From Actinomycetota bacterium (GTDB lineage: Bacteria; Actinomycetota; Thermoleophilia; Solirubrobacterales; JACPNS01): 64,000 bases of DNA. The position numbers and the translations under genes were made by a program. The notes beneath the pieces are model-generated. The model was not told the DNA's origin and made no database searches. It saw only the letters and a program-made list of their open reading frames with translations. The stretch lies in assembly GCA_016213645.1 (NCBI GenBank), contig JACQZY010000013.1:347080-411079 (forward strand). Direction: 5' to 3'. The stretch's first letter is position 1. The number at the start of each line of letters is the position of its first letter. Below are positions 50,076 to 59,700 of this stretch, piece by piece.

Positions 50076-50861
50076 CTAGCCGACCGGTGCTTCGAGCATA
50101 TCCGCGCCGTCGAGCAGAACAATCGCTCGCTCGCGGGCCGCGATCCGCCGCTTAACCTCGTCGTGCGCGGTGGTCTTGAAGCAGACCTTCAGCTCAATGC
50201 GGTCATGCGCGCATTCGCCGAACTGCACGGTCATGTCTTCCATCTTCTCGCGCAGCAGCTTCAGCGCTTCGGCGCCGTGCGGCGGCGTCACCCACACGGA
50301 GGCGTCGGCGTCCACCTCGTCGCCCGCGATCGTGTAGTTCTCCAGTGGACCGGAGGCGATTGCCTCGTTGGGCACGACCAGACGGTGTCCGCTGGGCAGA
50401 CGGATGAATGTGTAGGTGAGAGTGATGTCTTCGACACGGCCGCGGTTGCCGTCCCACTCGACCACGTCGCCGATGCGAAACGGCTGCACCGTCGCCAGCA
50501 TCAGACCGGCCACGCCGTTGGCCAGTGGCCCGCGCGCGGCCAGGCCGACGGCGATTCCCAGCACGGCGGAGCTTGCCAGCAGCGTGTTGGCGAGCGGACG
50601 CAACTGGTCGATCTGCGCCAGCGCCAGCCCCAGCCCGACAAGCACGATCGCGGTGGCGACGAGACGGCGCACGAGGCGAAGCCGCGTGACAGTTGCCTGT
50701 GAGAGTTCGTCGCGCGAGAGCCTGCCGGTGACCCGCTTACCGTTGCGCGTGACGACCAGGTCCACGAGCTTGGCAACCACCAGCGCCGTGGCGAAGATGA
50801 TCGCGGCGTGGATGAGGTCCGTGTTGGACTCAAAGAATGACTTTTCCGCAGCTTGAATCAT
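50076..50861 (-). CDS. MscS-family mechanosensitive channel
   Basis: Three TMs, GIAVGLAA, QPFRIGD, VPN. Confidence 0.88.
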   Translation of the reverse strand: MIQAAEKSFFESNTDLIHAAIIFATALVVAKLVDLVVTRNGKRVTGRLSRDELSQATVTRLRLVRRLVATAIVLVGLGLALAQIDQLRPLANTLLASSAVLGIAVGLAARGPLANGVAGLMLATVQPFRIGDVVEWDGNRGRVEDITLTYTFIRLPSGHRLVVPNEAIASGPLENYTIAGDEVDADASVWVTPPHGAEALKLLREKMEDMTVQFGECAHDRIELKVCFKTTAHDEVKRRIAARERAIVLLDGADMLEAPVG

Positions 50862-50916
50862 GGTCGGATCGGTGGGGCCGGACGAGACGCCGGTCCCAGA
50901 GGCCACAATATGGGGC

Positions 50917-52497
50917 GTGTCCGACGACCACAGAGAAGAGCGCGGGGAACAGCGCGGCGAAGGCCCTGGAGCAAACGCGCCGCCCCAACCCGGTCCGGGG
51001 GCGGGCCCGCCTTCGCCTCCGCCGGGCGTGCAACCGGCGGCGCCATGGCCGCCGCAATCGCCCGGACAGGGCATTCCCGCTCAGTCGCCCGGCACCTCCG
51101 CGCCCTGGGGTCCGGTGCCCGGCGAACCGCCTCCGTGGGACGCGCGACCGGCGCGGCAAGACACGTTCGGCCCGCCGCCTGTGTCGGCGCCGTACCCGTA
51201 TCCGCCGCCGGCGAATCCGGTGAACCAGCAGTATCAGCCTTCGGCCGGTCAGCCTGGACAAGTTCCGCCTCCGCAAGCTGCGTACGGTCCGCCGCATCCC
51301 GGGCAAGTTCCGCAACAGGGCCAGTACGCACCACCTCAGCCCGGGCAAGTTCCGCCCCCGGGCGCCTACGGGCCGCCCCAACCCGGACAGGTCCCGCCCC
51401 CGCAGGGCGCCTTCGGGCCGCCCCAGCCCGGACCGGTCCCACCCCCGCCGGGCGCCTACGGGCCGCCCCAGCCCGACCCGTTTGCACCGCCGTCCCAGTC
51501 GCAGGCCCAGACTCATCCCCATCCCCATCCGTACGCGCAGCCGCAGCCGCAGCCGTACGCGCCCCCCGGTTACGTCTTGCCCCCCGGCCAGCAGCGGTAT
51601 CCAGGGCCGTATCCGCCGCCCGGCCAACCGGCGCCGGGTCAGATATGGCAGACAGTGCAACCGCCCGTCCCTGCCAAAACCGGCGCTGATGGCTGGCCGT
51701 GGTGGTACAGCCTCGCCAGTTTCGGCATCGGCATCGTGGCGTTGTTATTCGTGATCGGCATCTTTGGCGCCGTCTACACGGGGGCCGGCGGTGACGTCGA
51801 GGATCCGGCATTTCTCGTGATCGCGACAATTGTGCAGGGCTTGATTTTTGCCGGCGCGGCAATCGGCATGGCGCGCATGAACGGTCCAGTCAGCGCGGTG
51901 GACTTTGGTCTGCGCCGCGCACGCCTCGGCCCGACGATCGGAAAGATCGCCGCCGTTCTGGCCATCTACTTCGTGGCACTGAGCGTCTACTCCGCACTTG
52001 TCCATCTCACGCCCGACGACTCCGCCGACAAACTCGGCGCCGCCGACGGCGCTCTGGGCATGATCGGATTTGTGGTGATGGCCGCGATGGTCGCGCCCGT
52101 TGCGGAGGAGTTCTTCTTTCGCGGGATGGTTTTTCGCTCGCTCGCCAACGGCATCGGAGTGGCCGGCGGCGCGATCGTTTCGGGGTTGATCTTCGGCGCC
52201 ATGCACATCGACTCGCTTGACCATGACCGGCTGTTGCAGGTCGTGCCGCTCGCGTTGCTTGGCGTGCTGTTTGCGGTGCTATACGCGTGGAGCGGAACGC
52301 TCTATTCCACAATCGCGCTGCACGCCACCAACAACGCACTAGCCGTGATCGTTTACTCCAGCGATCACAATTCCACGCTCGGATTGGCGATGGGGGCAGC
52401 GGCCTGGGTGTTGATGATGGCCTTTTGCCTGACCGGATGGCGTTTGACCGATCGCGGCGCGACCGGCGTGGAACAACCTCCGCGGCCCGGGCCCTGA
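50917..52497 (+). CDS. CPBP/CAAX intramembrane metalloprotease with Pro/Gln-rich N-terminal repeats
   Basis: APVAEEFFFRG, FGAMH, LHATNN; PPQPGQVPP repeats; start inferred after CACAAT. Confidence 0.88.
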   Translation: MSDDHREERGEQRGEGPGANAPPQPGPGAGPPSPPPGVQPAAPWPPQSPGQGIPAQSPGTSAPWGPVPGEPPPWDARPARQDTFGPPPVSAPYPYPPPANPVNQQYQPSAGQPGQVPPPQAAYGPPHPGQVPQQGQYAPPQPGQVPPPGAYGPPQPGQVPPPQGAFGPPQPGPVPPPPGAYGPPQPDPFAPPSQSQAQTHPHPHPYAQPQPQPYAPPGYVLPPGQQRYPGPYPPPGQPAPGQIWQTVQPPVPAKTGADGWPWWYSLASFGIGIVALLFVIGIFGAVYTGAGGDVEDPAFLVIATIVQGLIFAGAAIGMARMNGPVSAVDFGLRRARLGPTIGKIAAVLAIYFVALSVYSALVHLTPDDSADKLGAADGALGMIGFVVMAAMVAPVAEEFFFRGMVFRSLANGIGVAGGAIVSGLIFGAMHIDSLDHDRLLQVVPLALLGVLFAVLYAWSGTLYSTIALHATNNALAVIVYSSDHNSTLGLAMGAAAWVLMMAFCLTGWRLTDRGATGVEQPPRPGP

Positions 52498-52501
52498 TCC
52501 A

Positions 52502-53674
52502 ATGGCTGTTGCTCGTATTTTTGCGTCGGACGGCACAGCGGTCGATTACTCTCGCCTCGTGCGCAAAACCGCCACATCGTCAGTCGGCCGTCTTTTTCTG
52601 ACCGTTTCCATCCTTTGTGTGTGGGCGTTCGCCGCCGCCGTTCCAGCCGCGAACGCGGACGACGCCGTCCAGCCACAGCAGTTGAGTGCCGCTCCGACCG
52701 CGCCGGCCGGAGCCACGTCCGGCGGCCAGGCTGTGATCGCACCGGCCATCGAGCCGACCGCCGCAAAGCGGGTGAAGAAGCACGCGTCGTCGCCGTCAAA
52801 CGGACTGCCCACGTTCAAGATCTCGATCGGCGACGCCTACCCATACCGCGGGCATCGCTACGTGTTGCCGCGCGCCCGCGTGGAAATCAGTGGCGAGGTT
52901 GACGCCGCGCTCGACGGCCAGACGATCACGGTGCGCATCAGCAAGAACGGCCGCACCGTCAAGAGCGAGTCCGTCAAGCTCGATCAGCGCGGTGGCAAGT
53001 CCAGCTTCAGCTTTCATTTCCGTACCGGCAAGAAGGGCAAGTATCTGGTTGACACCGAACTCTCGCCGGAGATCGCCGCGCTCGCCAACGCCGCCGACAC
53101 AAAGAGCGTCACGGTCGTAAAGACGAGCGTTCATCGCGGCAGTAGTGGCGTCGCGGTACGCGTGTTTCAAAACAAACTTGCCGGTCTGCACTATGTGGTG
53201 CCCCGCGGTGGTCATTTCGACGCCGCCACCGGACGCGCGTTCGTCGCCTTTCGCAAGGTCACCGGTATGGCGCGAGTCGAGAGCGGCGGCTACAAGATGG
53301 CGCGCAAGCTCGCCGAAGGCCGAGGAGGCTTCAAGCTGCGTCATCCGAAAGCCGGACGCCACGTTGAGGTGAGCATCGGCCGCCAGGTGATGGCGTTTGC
53401 CGACAACGGCCACGTCGTACGCGTTTACCACGTCTCCACCGGCGCACCCGGCACGCCGACGGTTCGGGGCACGTTCCACGTCTACCGCAAAGATCCGGGT
53501 ACCAACGCCAAGGGCATGGTCAAGAGCAACTACTTCATCCGTGGCTACGCGATTCACGGCTACGCCTCGGTGCCGCCGTACAACGCCAGCCATGGTTGCG
53601 TGCGCGTGCCGGTTCCGAACGCCGCGTCGATCTACGCATGGGTGCACATGGGCACCCGCGTAGACGTCTACTGA
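52502..53674 (+). CDS. Secreted L,D-transpeptidase with peptidoglycan-binding domain
   Basis: HVSTG...PT..G.F, YAIHG, SHGCVRV; signal peptide; start uncertain. Confidence 0.88.
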   Translation: MAVARIFASDGTAVDYSRLVRKTATSSVGRLFLTVSILCVWAFAAAVPAANADDAVQPQQLSAAPTAPAGATSGGQAVIAPAIEPTAAKRVKKHASSPSNGLPTFKISIGDAYPYRGHRYVLPRARVEISGEVDAALDGQTITVRISKNGRTVKSESVKLDQRGGKSSFSFHFRTGKKGKYLVDTELSPEIAALANAADTKSVTVVKTSVHRGSSGVAVRVFQNKLAGLHYVVPRGGHFDAATGRAFVAFRKVTGMARVESGGYKMARKLAEGRGGFKLRHPKAGRHVEVSIGRQVMAFADNGHVVRVYHVSTGAPGTPTVRGTFHVYRKDPGTNAKGMVKSNYFIRGYAIHGYASVPPYNASHGCVRVPVPNAASIYAWVHMGTRVDVY

Positions 53675-53688
53675 TTCGGTCGCGCGGT

Positions 53689-53724
53689 AAAAAGAAGGCC
53701 GGCCCCGAAAACACGGAGCCGGCC
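53689..53724 (-). terminator. Rho-independent terminator
   Basis: GGCCGGC..CCG/CGG..GCCGGCC hairpin followed by TTCTTTTT on the minus strand, between convergent genes. Confidence 0.7.
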
Positions 53725-53759
53725 ACCCTTGATCAATTTGTTACGGATCGCTCGCCGAC

Positions 53760-54182
53760 TCAGCGGTAACCCGGCGTGTAGCGCGGGCGGAACTCGTGGT
53801 CGATCGGCTTGGCACTGATCTTGCGCTTTGGCTCGGCCGCCAGCCAACTGGCCAGCATGTGGCCGCCGAAGCCGAACAGCAGCAACCCAAGAGCGAACGG
53901 AACGCCGCGCAGGATCCACGGATTCTGGTCCGAGACCAACTTCTCGGCCGGACCGATTACGGCGTCGTTCATCCGGTCGATCTTGATGCGAAGTTCGTGC
54001 CGGTAAGGGTCATACTCGCGGCCGTGAACGTCGCGCACCACCTGTGCTTTGGCGCTTCCGTTGGCGACCGCAGCCTGCTGGGCCCCAGTGGTCGAGAGCT
54101 CGTCCATTGCGAACATCGCGAAGCTCACGATAAAGAGCAGACACAGCATCTTTGAGACGAGCCTGATTGCGGAGGTAATCAT
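53760..54182 (-). CDS. Hypothetical two-TM membrane protein
   Basis: Two hydrophobic segments; consensus promoter upstream and terminator downstream. Confidence 0.75.
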   Translation of the reverse strand: MITSAIRLVSKMLCLLFIVSFAMFAMDELSTTGAQQAAVANGSAKAQVVRDVHGREYDPYRHELRIKIDRMNDAVIGPAEKLVSDQNPWILRGVPFALGLLLFGFGGHMLASWLAAEPKRKISAKPIDHEFRPRYTPGYR

Positions 54183-54230
54183 TTCGCCAACTGCTTTCTG
54201 ATTTTCGGGCCGACGTCCATACCGGCCATT

Positions 54231-54259
54231 AGCTTAATTATCAACTACGCGTGTGTCAA
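54231..54259 (-). promoter_or_regulatory. Near-consensus housekeeping sigma promoter
   Basis: TTGACA-N17-TAAGCT upstream of 53760..54182. Confidence 0.75.
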
Positions 54260-54281
54260 GTTGCGCGAAGATGGACGTTTC

Positions 54282-54541
54282 GTCTGGACGTTTAATCGAG
54301 CCCGCGCGGCGCGTACATTGCTCAACCTACGAGGACAGTCCAGCGGCATTCGCGAGGCAGCAAATGTCTGCCTTTTCGCTCCAGGAGCGGGATTGAGCGG
54401 TGTACGCGCGGCCGGGTCGATGGCGTGAGAGGCTATTTCTGCAGTAGGACCGATGGGTTCCTATTCGACAAATTAAGTATTGACCTTTAGAGGTTTGTGA
54501 AGAAATTGCTCAAGTCCGTCCAGGTCGCGGTGCGTCCAGAC
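54282..54541 (+). ncRNA. Candidate structured non-coding RNA of unknown family
   Basis: 17-bp helix 54309-54325/54393-54409 with two G-U pairs, further hairpins, and a 9-bp closing stem; no ORF. Confidence 0.4.
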
Positions 54542-54582
54542 CGGTGCGGAGCTCTAAGGCCCCGCGTCTAGGATGTTTGTCC

Positions 54583-55146
54583 ATGCCCGCCGATCTTGCC
54601 TTAGCCCGCCGCGCACTCGTAGATCAACTTCGCGAGCATGCGCTTGTGATCGGCGAGGTCACGCTTACGAGCGGCAAGACGGCGCAGTACTACGTGGACG
54701 CCAAACGCGCGATCCTGCTGCGCCCGGCGTTCATGGCGCTCGGCGAGATGGTCGCGGCCCTGGCCGAAGAACTTGGCGCCACGGCCGTCGGCGGTATGAC
54801 GATGGGCGCCGATCCGGTTGCCTGTTCTGCGCTTGCGGCCGGCTCGGACGCGAAGGCGTTTTTCGTGCGCAAGGACCGTAAGGAGCACGGACTTCAGCGC
54901 TGGGTTGAGGGTCCGCTGCTTGCGCCGGGCGAGCGTTGCCTGATCGTCGAAGATGTGGTCACCACGGGCGGATCGACCGTGCAGGCGATCGAACGCGTGC
55001 GGGAGGAGGGTTTCGAGATCGTCGGTGTCTGCAGCGTGCTCGACCGCCTCGCGGGCGGGTCTACCGCGATTGAAACCGCCGCCGCCGCGCCCTATACGCC
55101 GTTCGCGACGATCGACGACGTGTACCCGGATCGACCGGACCGCTGA
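54583..55146 (+). CDS. pyrE: Orotate phosphoribosyltransferase
   Basis: TLTSGK...YYVD, GMTMGADP, VRK..K.HG, IVEDVVTTGGS. Confidence 0.93.
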   Translation: MPADLALARRALVDQLREHALVIGEVTLTSGKTAQYYVDAKRAILLRPAFMALGEMVAALAEELGATAVGGMTMGADPVACSALAAGSDAKAFFVRKDRKEHGLQRWVEGPLLAPGERCLIVEDVVTTGGSTVQAIERVREEGFEIVGVCSVLDRLAGGSTAIETAAAAPYTPFATIDDVYPDRPDR

Positions 55147-55216
55147 GCGGCGACTGTCAGCTTGCGAGATTCGTCAGCGACGGTCTCGCTGCCTAACCGG
55201 ATCGACCGGACCGCTG
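55126..55216 (+). repeat. 20-bp direct repeat duplicating the pyrE 3' end
   Basis: CCGGATCGACCGGACCGCTG at 55126-55145 and 55197-55216. Confidence 0.8.
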
Positions 55217-55474
55217 CCGGCCGCCCCCAGCTGCCATGTCCGAACCCGCCACCGCGAATTGTTCCGCAAAATGCGCCAATGTGTGTGCGAATGGTTGCGC
55301 CTCCTTTGCCCGCTCGGGAAAAGGAAGCGCAACGTATGTGACGAGGTTTCCCACGCCGCACCGGCCCCGTCGGCTTAGTCGGCCAGACTCGTTAGAGGCC
55401 GGTGGATGTCAGGCGGCACCCAGGTTGGTGTGGGTGAAGATCTTGCCTGGGGCGGCGTTAAAGTTGATGCTCTG

Positions 55475-55537
<63 letters not shown>

Positions 55538-55548
<11 letters not shown>

Positions 55549-55825
55549 TTAGGCGGGTGGTTCGCGGCGTCATCGGTCGCTCACGTGCTGAAGCACGCTT
55601 CGCTCCCTGCTTCCTTGCGAAACACCCGCCTAACGCCCCGAGCTCCCACTACTGGCGATGGGGGAGGGTGCTTGGCGCTTGCTCGCGTGCTTCGCACGCT
55701 TGCGCGCTCGCGTTGGGACAGGGCAGGATGGCTTTGGGAAAGGGGTGTTTGGCGCTTGCTCGCGTGCTTCGCACGCTTGCGCGCTTGCGTTGGGACAGGG
55801 CAGGATGGCTTTGGGACTTGGCGCT
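55538..55825. repeat. tRNA-anchored inverted repeat plus 77-bp-period tandem repeat
   Basis: Perfect 22-bp inverted repeat 55538-55559/55623-55644; 68-bp direct repeats at 55672-55739 and 55749-55816 with one mismatch. Confidence 0.9.
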
Positions 55826-55855
55826 GGGTGCCTGCTCGGGGCGCGTGAAGTTCGG

Positions 55856-56767
55856 TTACAACACGTCCACGATCAATCCGGCGGCGGCGATGATCATTGT
55901 GGACCAGACGATTGCGCCGGCGGCTAGCTTGCGGTCGAGTCCGTAGTTGTTGGCCAGCAGCAGGTTGTTTACGCCGACCGACATTGCGGCTTCGATCACG
56001 TAGGCGTCGGGGATCTCGCTGACGGTCTTGTTCACCAGCACCAGAAATCCCGACACGACGGCCAGGCGCAGCAGCACGGTCGTCGCGACGGGTGCCGTCA
56101 GCTTGGGCGGAAAGCCGAGCTTGTCGTCCTCGCTCTCTCGCAGCATCACGATGCCGACGGTGAAGAACCCCAGCGGCAGGATCGCAAACACCAGAACCCG
56201 GCTGGCGTCAACCGCCCAGCCTGGACTCCACGAATCCGGCGCGGCCAGTGCCAGTGCGGTCGCGTAGATCAGCGGATTGCGGGTGAAGTAGCTGATCACG
56301 CGTTCCCGCGTGGACTCGGCGACAGTGCCGAAGGCCGCACCCACGCCAAAACCTACGAACAAAATGAACGGCATCGAGACCAAGATGTCGTACGACACCG
56401 CGGTGCCGAGCTCGTCGATCCCCAACGCGGCCGTGACAAACGGGTATCCCAGGTATGCGGTGTTTCCCAGCAGTGCGCAGACGATCATCGCACCGGTTTG
56501 GGGCCGCGTCAGCCGTAGCGCGCGCGCTGCGACCAGGGCCAGGCCGATCACGATGAAGTTGCCCACGTACGCCAGCGCCAGCGCGGTGCCGATCTTGGTC
56601 GTCAACTCGAAATGGACCAGGTTGAAGAACAGCACCGGCGGGATCAGTACCCACAGCACCACGTCCATGATCCGCTTGGCCGAAGTCTCAGACTGCTCCG
56701 GACGGCGGTGCGCGAAAAACGCTCCCGCGCCGGCGGCGACGATCATCGTTAGAACAATCCAGATCAT
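55856..56767 (-). CDS. AEC (auxin efflux carrier) family transporter
   Basis: About 10 TMs, GNTAYLGYP, NPLIYA. Confidence 0.88.
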   Translation of the reverse strand: MIWIVLTMIVAAGAGAFFAHRRPEQSETSAKRIMDVVLWVLIPPVLFFNLVHFELTTKIGTALALAYVGNFIVIGLALVAARALRLTRPQTGAMIVCALLGNTAYLGYPFVTAALGIDELGTAVSYDILVSMPFILFVGFGVGAAFGTVAESTRERVISYFTRNPLIYATALALAAPDSWSPGWAVDASRVLVFAILPLGFFTVGIVMLRESEDDKLGFPPKLTAPVATTVLLRLAVVSGFLVLVNKTVSEIPDAYVIEAAMSVGVNNLLLANNYGLDRKLAAGAIVWSTMIIAAAGLIVDVL

Positions 56768-56828
56768 CGGGCAAGATTACGGCGCGAAGCCGTGGCGGCA
56801 CGGCGCGGACGCCTCGTCGGCGCTTGCG

Positions 56829-57890
56829 TCAGCGGATTGCTTCGCGCAGTGCCGCTGCCGAGGTCTCCGGCGGCACCGCGTTGATGTGTACGCCCGTTCC
56901 AAGCTCCATCCCCGCAGGCTGACCAAGGCGCGGCGCGATTTCGATCCGCCAGCCAAATCCCTCGCCCTCGCAACCCGCCGGCGAGGTTCGCACCCACAGG
57001 TTGAGTGCGGGTCTACCGCCCAGCGCGTCGTGCAGCGCCGCGAAGGCCCGGTGCAGCAATGCCGCCCCGCGATGTTCGCTCATTTCGAACCGTTCCTCCG
57101 CCCGGCGCGGCACGATCCACATGCGGTACGGCGTGGCGGCGGCGAACGGGCACAGCAACACAGCGTCGTCGTCCTGCGCAACCAGTCGCCCTCCGTCGAC
57201 GAGTTCTCGATCGGCGAGGTCTTGCATCAGTGTGATGCCGCCGCGCTCGAAATGATCGCGCATGCGCACTCGCTCGCGTTCCACCAGTTCCGGAACAAAC
57301 GGCAGCACGTAGAGCTGTGCGTGAGTATGGGGCAGCGAGGCGCCGGCCATCTTGCCTTCGTTCACGCAAAGATGGGGGTAGGCGACGGCCGGATTGTCGC
57401 GATGCGTGCGCATACGCGACGCCCAACCCGCGAGCGCGGCCCGAAGTTCATCCTCGCCCAGCTCGCCCAGCGATTGCACCTGGCGCGGGCTGTTGACGAT
57501 CACCTCGTGGTCGCCGTAGGCGACGCCTTGGGCGAAGAGCTGATCGCCGGTCAGATCGCTGCCCGCAGCGTTGACGTCGTCGTTCTGGCCTTCAACATCG
57601 TGCATGCCGCCGCCGTCGGCGAACTTCTGAGCCAGCGCCGGATACAAGTTCGGCACGCTGCGCACCTGCCATCCCGGCGTGTTGGCCTCGCCGCCATCGG
57701 GCCGGTCGGACCACACCTCCAAGGGCGTGCGCGTCTCCTGTCCCTCCGCGAACGGATCGTTGGCGTCGTCGATCGGCGGCGGCTCCTCCGGCACGGGCAG
57801 TCCGCCCGGGCGCCCGGCGCGGTCGCCGGCCACGAGCACGCGCAGGCCGGTCAACGGGTCCACGCGCAGTTCGGGTAGCGAGGCGTTCAA
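56829..57890 (-). CDS. galT: GalT-family nucleotidylyltransferase (HIT fold)
   Basis: ELRVDPLTG, R..RP, VPNLYPAL, HEVIV, GASLPHTHAQ, GMELGTG. Confidence 0.85.
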   Translation of the reverse strand: MNASLPELRVDPLTGLRVLVAGDRAGRPGGLPVPEEPPPIDDANDPFAEGQETRTPLEVWSDRPDGGEANTPGWQVRSVPNLYPALAQKFADGGGMHDVEGQNDDVNAAGSDLTGDQLFAQGVAYGDHEVIVNSPRQVQSLGELGEDELRAALAGWASRMRTHRDNPAVAYPHLCVNEGKMAGASLPHTHAQLYVLPFVPELVERERVRMRDHFERGGITLMQDLADRELVDGGRLVAQDDDAVLLCPFAAATPYRMWIVPRRAEERFEMSEHRGAALLHRAFAALHDALGGRPALNLWVRTSPAGCEGEGFGWRIEIAPRLGQPAGMELGTGVHINAVPPETSAAALREAIR

Positions 57891-57893
57891 AAC

Positions 57894-59012
57894 TCAGCGG
57901 TGTTGCTGGACGCTGCCGAGGCCGCGCGGCGCGTGGCCCACGTACTTCGCGCTCGGCCTAATTAATCGGCCGGTGCGCTTCTGCTCAAGAATGTGTGCCG
58001 ACCACCCCGCCGTGCGGGCGCAGGCGAACATCGGCGTGAAAAGCTCCGGCGGAATCTCCGCGAAGTCCAGGATCACCGCCGACCAAAACTCCACGTTGGT
58101 GGCGAGTACGCGGTCAGGTTTGCGCGCCTTCAGCTCTTCGAGCGCGGCCTTTTCCAGCGCCTCGGCAACTTCGAATCGCGCGGAGCCGAGTTCGCGGGCG
58201 GTGCGCCGCAGCACTCGGGCGCGCGGGTCCTCCGCCCGGTAAACACGATGACCAAAACCCATCAACCGTTCACCGCGGTTAAGCGCGGCCTTCACCCACA
58301 CACCGGCGTCGCCGGCCAGCTCGACCTCGTCGAGCATTTCAAGCACTCGTGAAGGCGCGCCACCGTGCAGCGGTCCCGAAAGCGCGCCTACAGCACCGCT
58401 CAGCGCGGCGGCAACGTCGGCGCCGGTCGAAGCGATGATTCGCGCCGTAAAGGTTGAGGCGTTCATGCCGTGCTCGGCCGCGCTGATCCAATAGGCGTCG
58501 ATCGCTTGGACGTGCTTTGGGTCTGCCTCGCCGCGCCAACGCAGCAGAAATCGCTCGGCGATCGAGCCGGCTTGATCGATTTCGGCCTGCGGTACCGGCG
58601 GCCGGCCGGGTCCGCGCGCACTTTGCGCGACATGCGAGAGCGCCATCACGCTGCTGCGCGACAGATCTGTGCGCACCTGCTCGGCGTCTACATCTAGCAA
58701 CTGCTCGAAGCCCCATTCCTGACTGAGCATCGCCAGCGATGCCTGCAGGTCCACGCGCGCGTCGCCGGTGCGCACGCTCAGCGCGTGCTGCTCGGCGGGC
58801 GGCAACCCCGGCTCCAGCGCGTCGTCCACCAGTAGGCCCCAGACCTGTTCAAACGGACTAGCGCCGACGAGGTCTTCGATGTCCACGCCGCGGTAACGCA
58901 GCGCGCCGCCTTCGCGGTCGGGCTCCGCGATCTGCGAGGCGAAGGCGATGACGCCCTCGAGGCCGTCCTGAACCTCGGGATGCTGCGTCATATCGATCGT
59001 GGCCTCGCTCAT
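57894..59012 (-). CDS. citA: Citrate synthase 2 (actinobacterial CitA type)
   Basis: GLEGV, LRYRG, AEHGMNASTF, GPLHGGA, MGFGHRVY..EDPR, TNVEFW. Confidence 0.93.
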   Translation of the reverse strand: MSEATIDMTQHPEVQDGLEGVIAFASQIAEPDREGGALRYRGVDIEDLVGASPFEQVWGLLVDDALEPGLPPAEQHALSVRTGDARVDLQASLAMLSQEWGFEQLLDVDAEQVRTDLSRSSVMALSHVAQSARGPGRPPVPQAEIDQAGSIAERFLLRWRGEADPKHVQAIDAYWISAAEHGMNASTFTARIIASTGADVAAALSGAVGALSGPLHGGAPSRVLEMLDEVELAGDAGVWVKAALNRGERLMGFGHRVYRAEDPRARVLRRTARELGSARFEVAEALEKAALEELKARKPDRVLATNVEFWSAVILDFAEIPPELFTPMFACARTAGWSAHILEQKRTGRLIRPSAKYVGHAPRGLGSVQQHR

Positions 59013-59073
59013 CTAAGTTCTGAAGAATATGGCAGATCGGCCAGGCCGAATATTCGGTGTTCGCGCCGGTCTC

Positions 59074-59646
59074 TCACTCGCTCGTCGCGTATCGCCGGAT
59101 GTCTTCCTCCAGAGCCGCCGCGTTGCGGTACTCGCCTGCTTTTACGTGGACCAGCTTTCCCGCGGCGTTGTAGAACCCGGTGCTCGGCGCCGCCGCCGCC
59201 GGCGGCAACAGCTGTGAGATAAAAAGCCGGGGATCAACGTAACTGGGATACGGCACGGGTCGCTGCCGCAGAAACGCCCTCGCGTCGGCTTTGCCGTCGC
59301 TGACGTTGACGCCGAGAAACGCGATCTTGCCGCCATGCTCCTTGGCCGCGCGTTGAAACAACGGAAATTCGTTACGACAGGGACCGCACCACGAGCCCCA
59401 CTTGTTGACCACGATCGGCAGCCCGCGCAACGTCGCCACACGCTTGTCGTAGGCGGCGCGACCGCCGTCCAGCAGTTTGGACGCCTCTTTGTAGATCTGC
59501 GCCAGACGGAGATCTGCCCCGTTTAGATCGGGCTTGTAGGCCGCCGCCGCCGGTGCGTCGCCCGCCCGCCCGTTGTCGCTGCCGCCGCAACCGGCCAAGG
59601 CCGTTGCGGCTACCAGCACGGTCGTGAATGTGGCGATCCAACGCAT
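59074..59646 (-). CDS. TlpA/ResA-like thiol-disulfide oxidoreductase lipoprotein
   Basis: LAGC lipobox; WGSWCGPC..E.P. Confidence 0.9.
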   Translation of the reverse strand: MRWIATFTTVLVAATALAGCGGSDNGRAGDAPAAAAYKPDLNGADLRLAQIYKEASKLLDGGRAAYDKRVATLRGLPIVVNKWGSWCGPCRNEFPLFQRAAKEHGGKIAFLGVNVSDGKADARAFLRQRPVPYPSYVDPRLFISQLLPPAAAAPSTGFYNAAGKLVHVKAGEYRNAAALEEDIRRYATSE

Positions 59647-59684
59647 GGCGCAAAGTCAAGCATGAAATATCTGCCGATCGGCGG

Positions 59685-59700
59685 TATACTTACGTAAGTA
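59685..59700. promoter_or_regulatory. -10 hexamer overlapped by a perfect 14-bp palindromic operator candidate
   Basis: TATACT at 59685-59690; TACTTACGTAAGTA at 59687-59700 is self-complementary. Confidence 0.65.

Noticed and set aside
51230-51480. Tandem DNA repeats in the CPBP gene, and poly-Pro or Gly repeats elsewhere
   Set aside because: In-frame coding repeats (PPQPGQVPP) typical of actinobacterial low-complexity tails
54331-54360. GAGGACAGTCC as an RNase P motif, or AGTCCAG...GAGGC as a PyrR binding loop
   Set aside because: No matching RNase P 3' P4 strand or other conserved regions; the PyrR-like halves are split by an insertion and no terminator precedes pyrE
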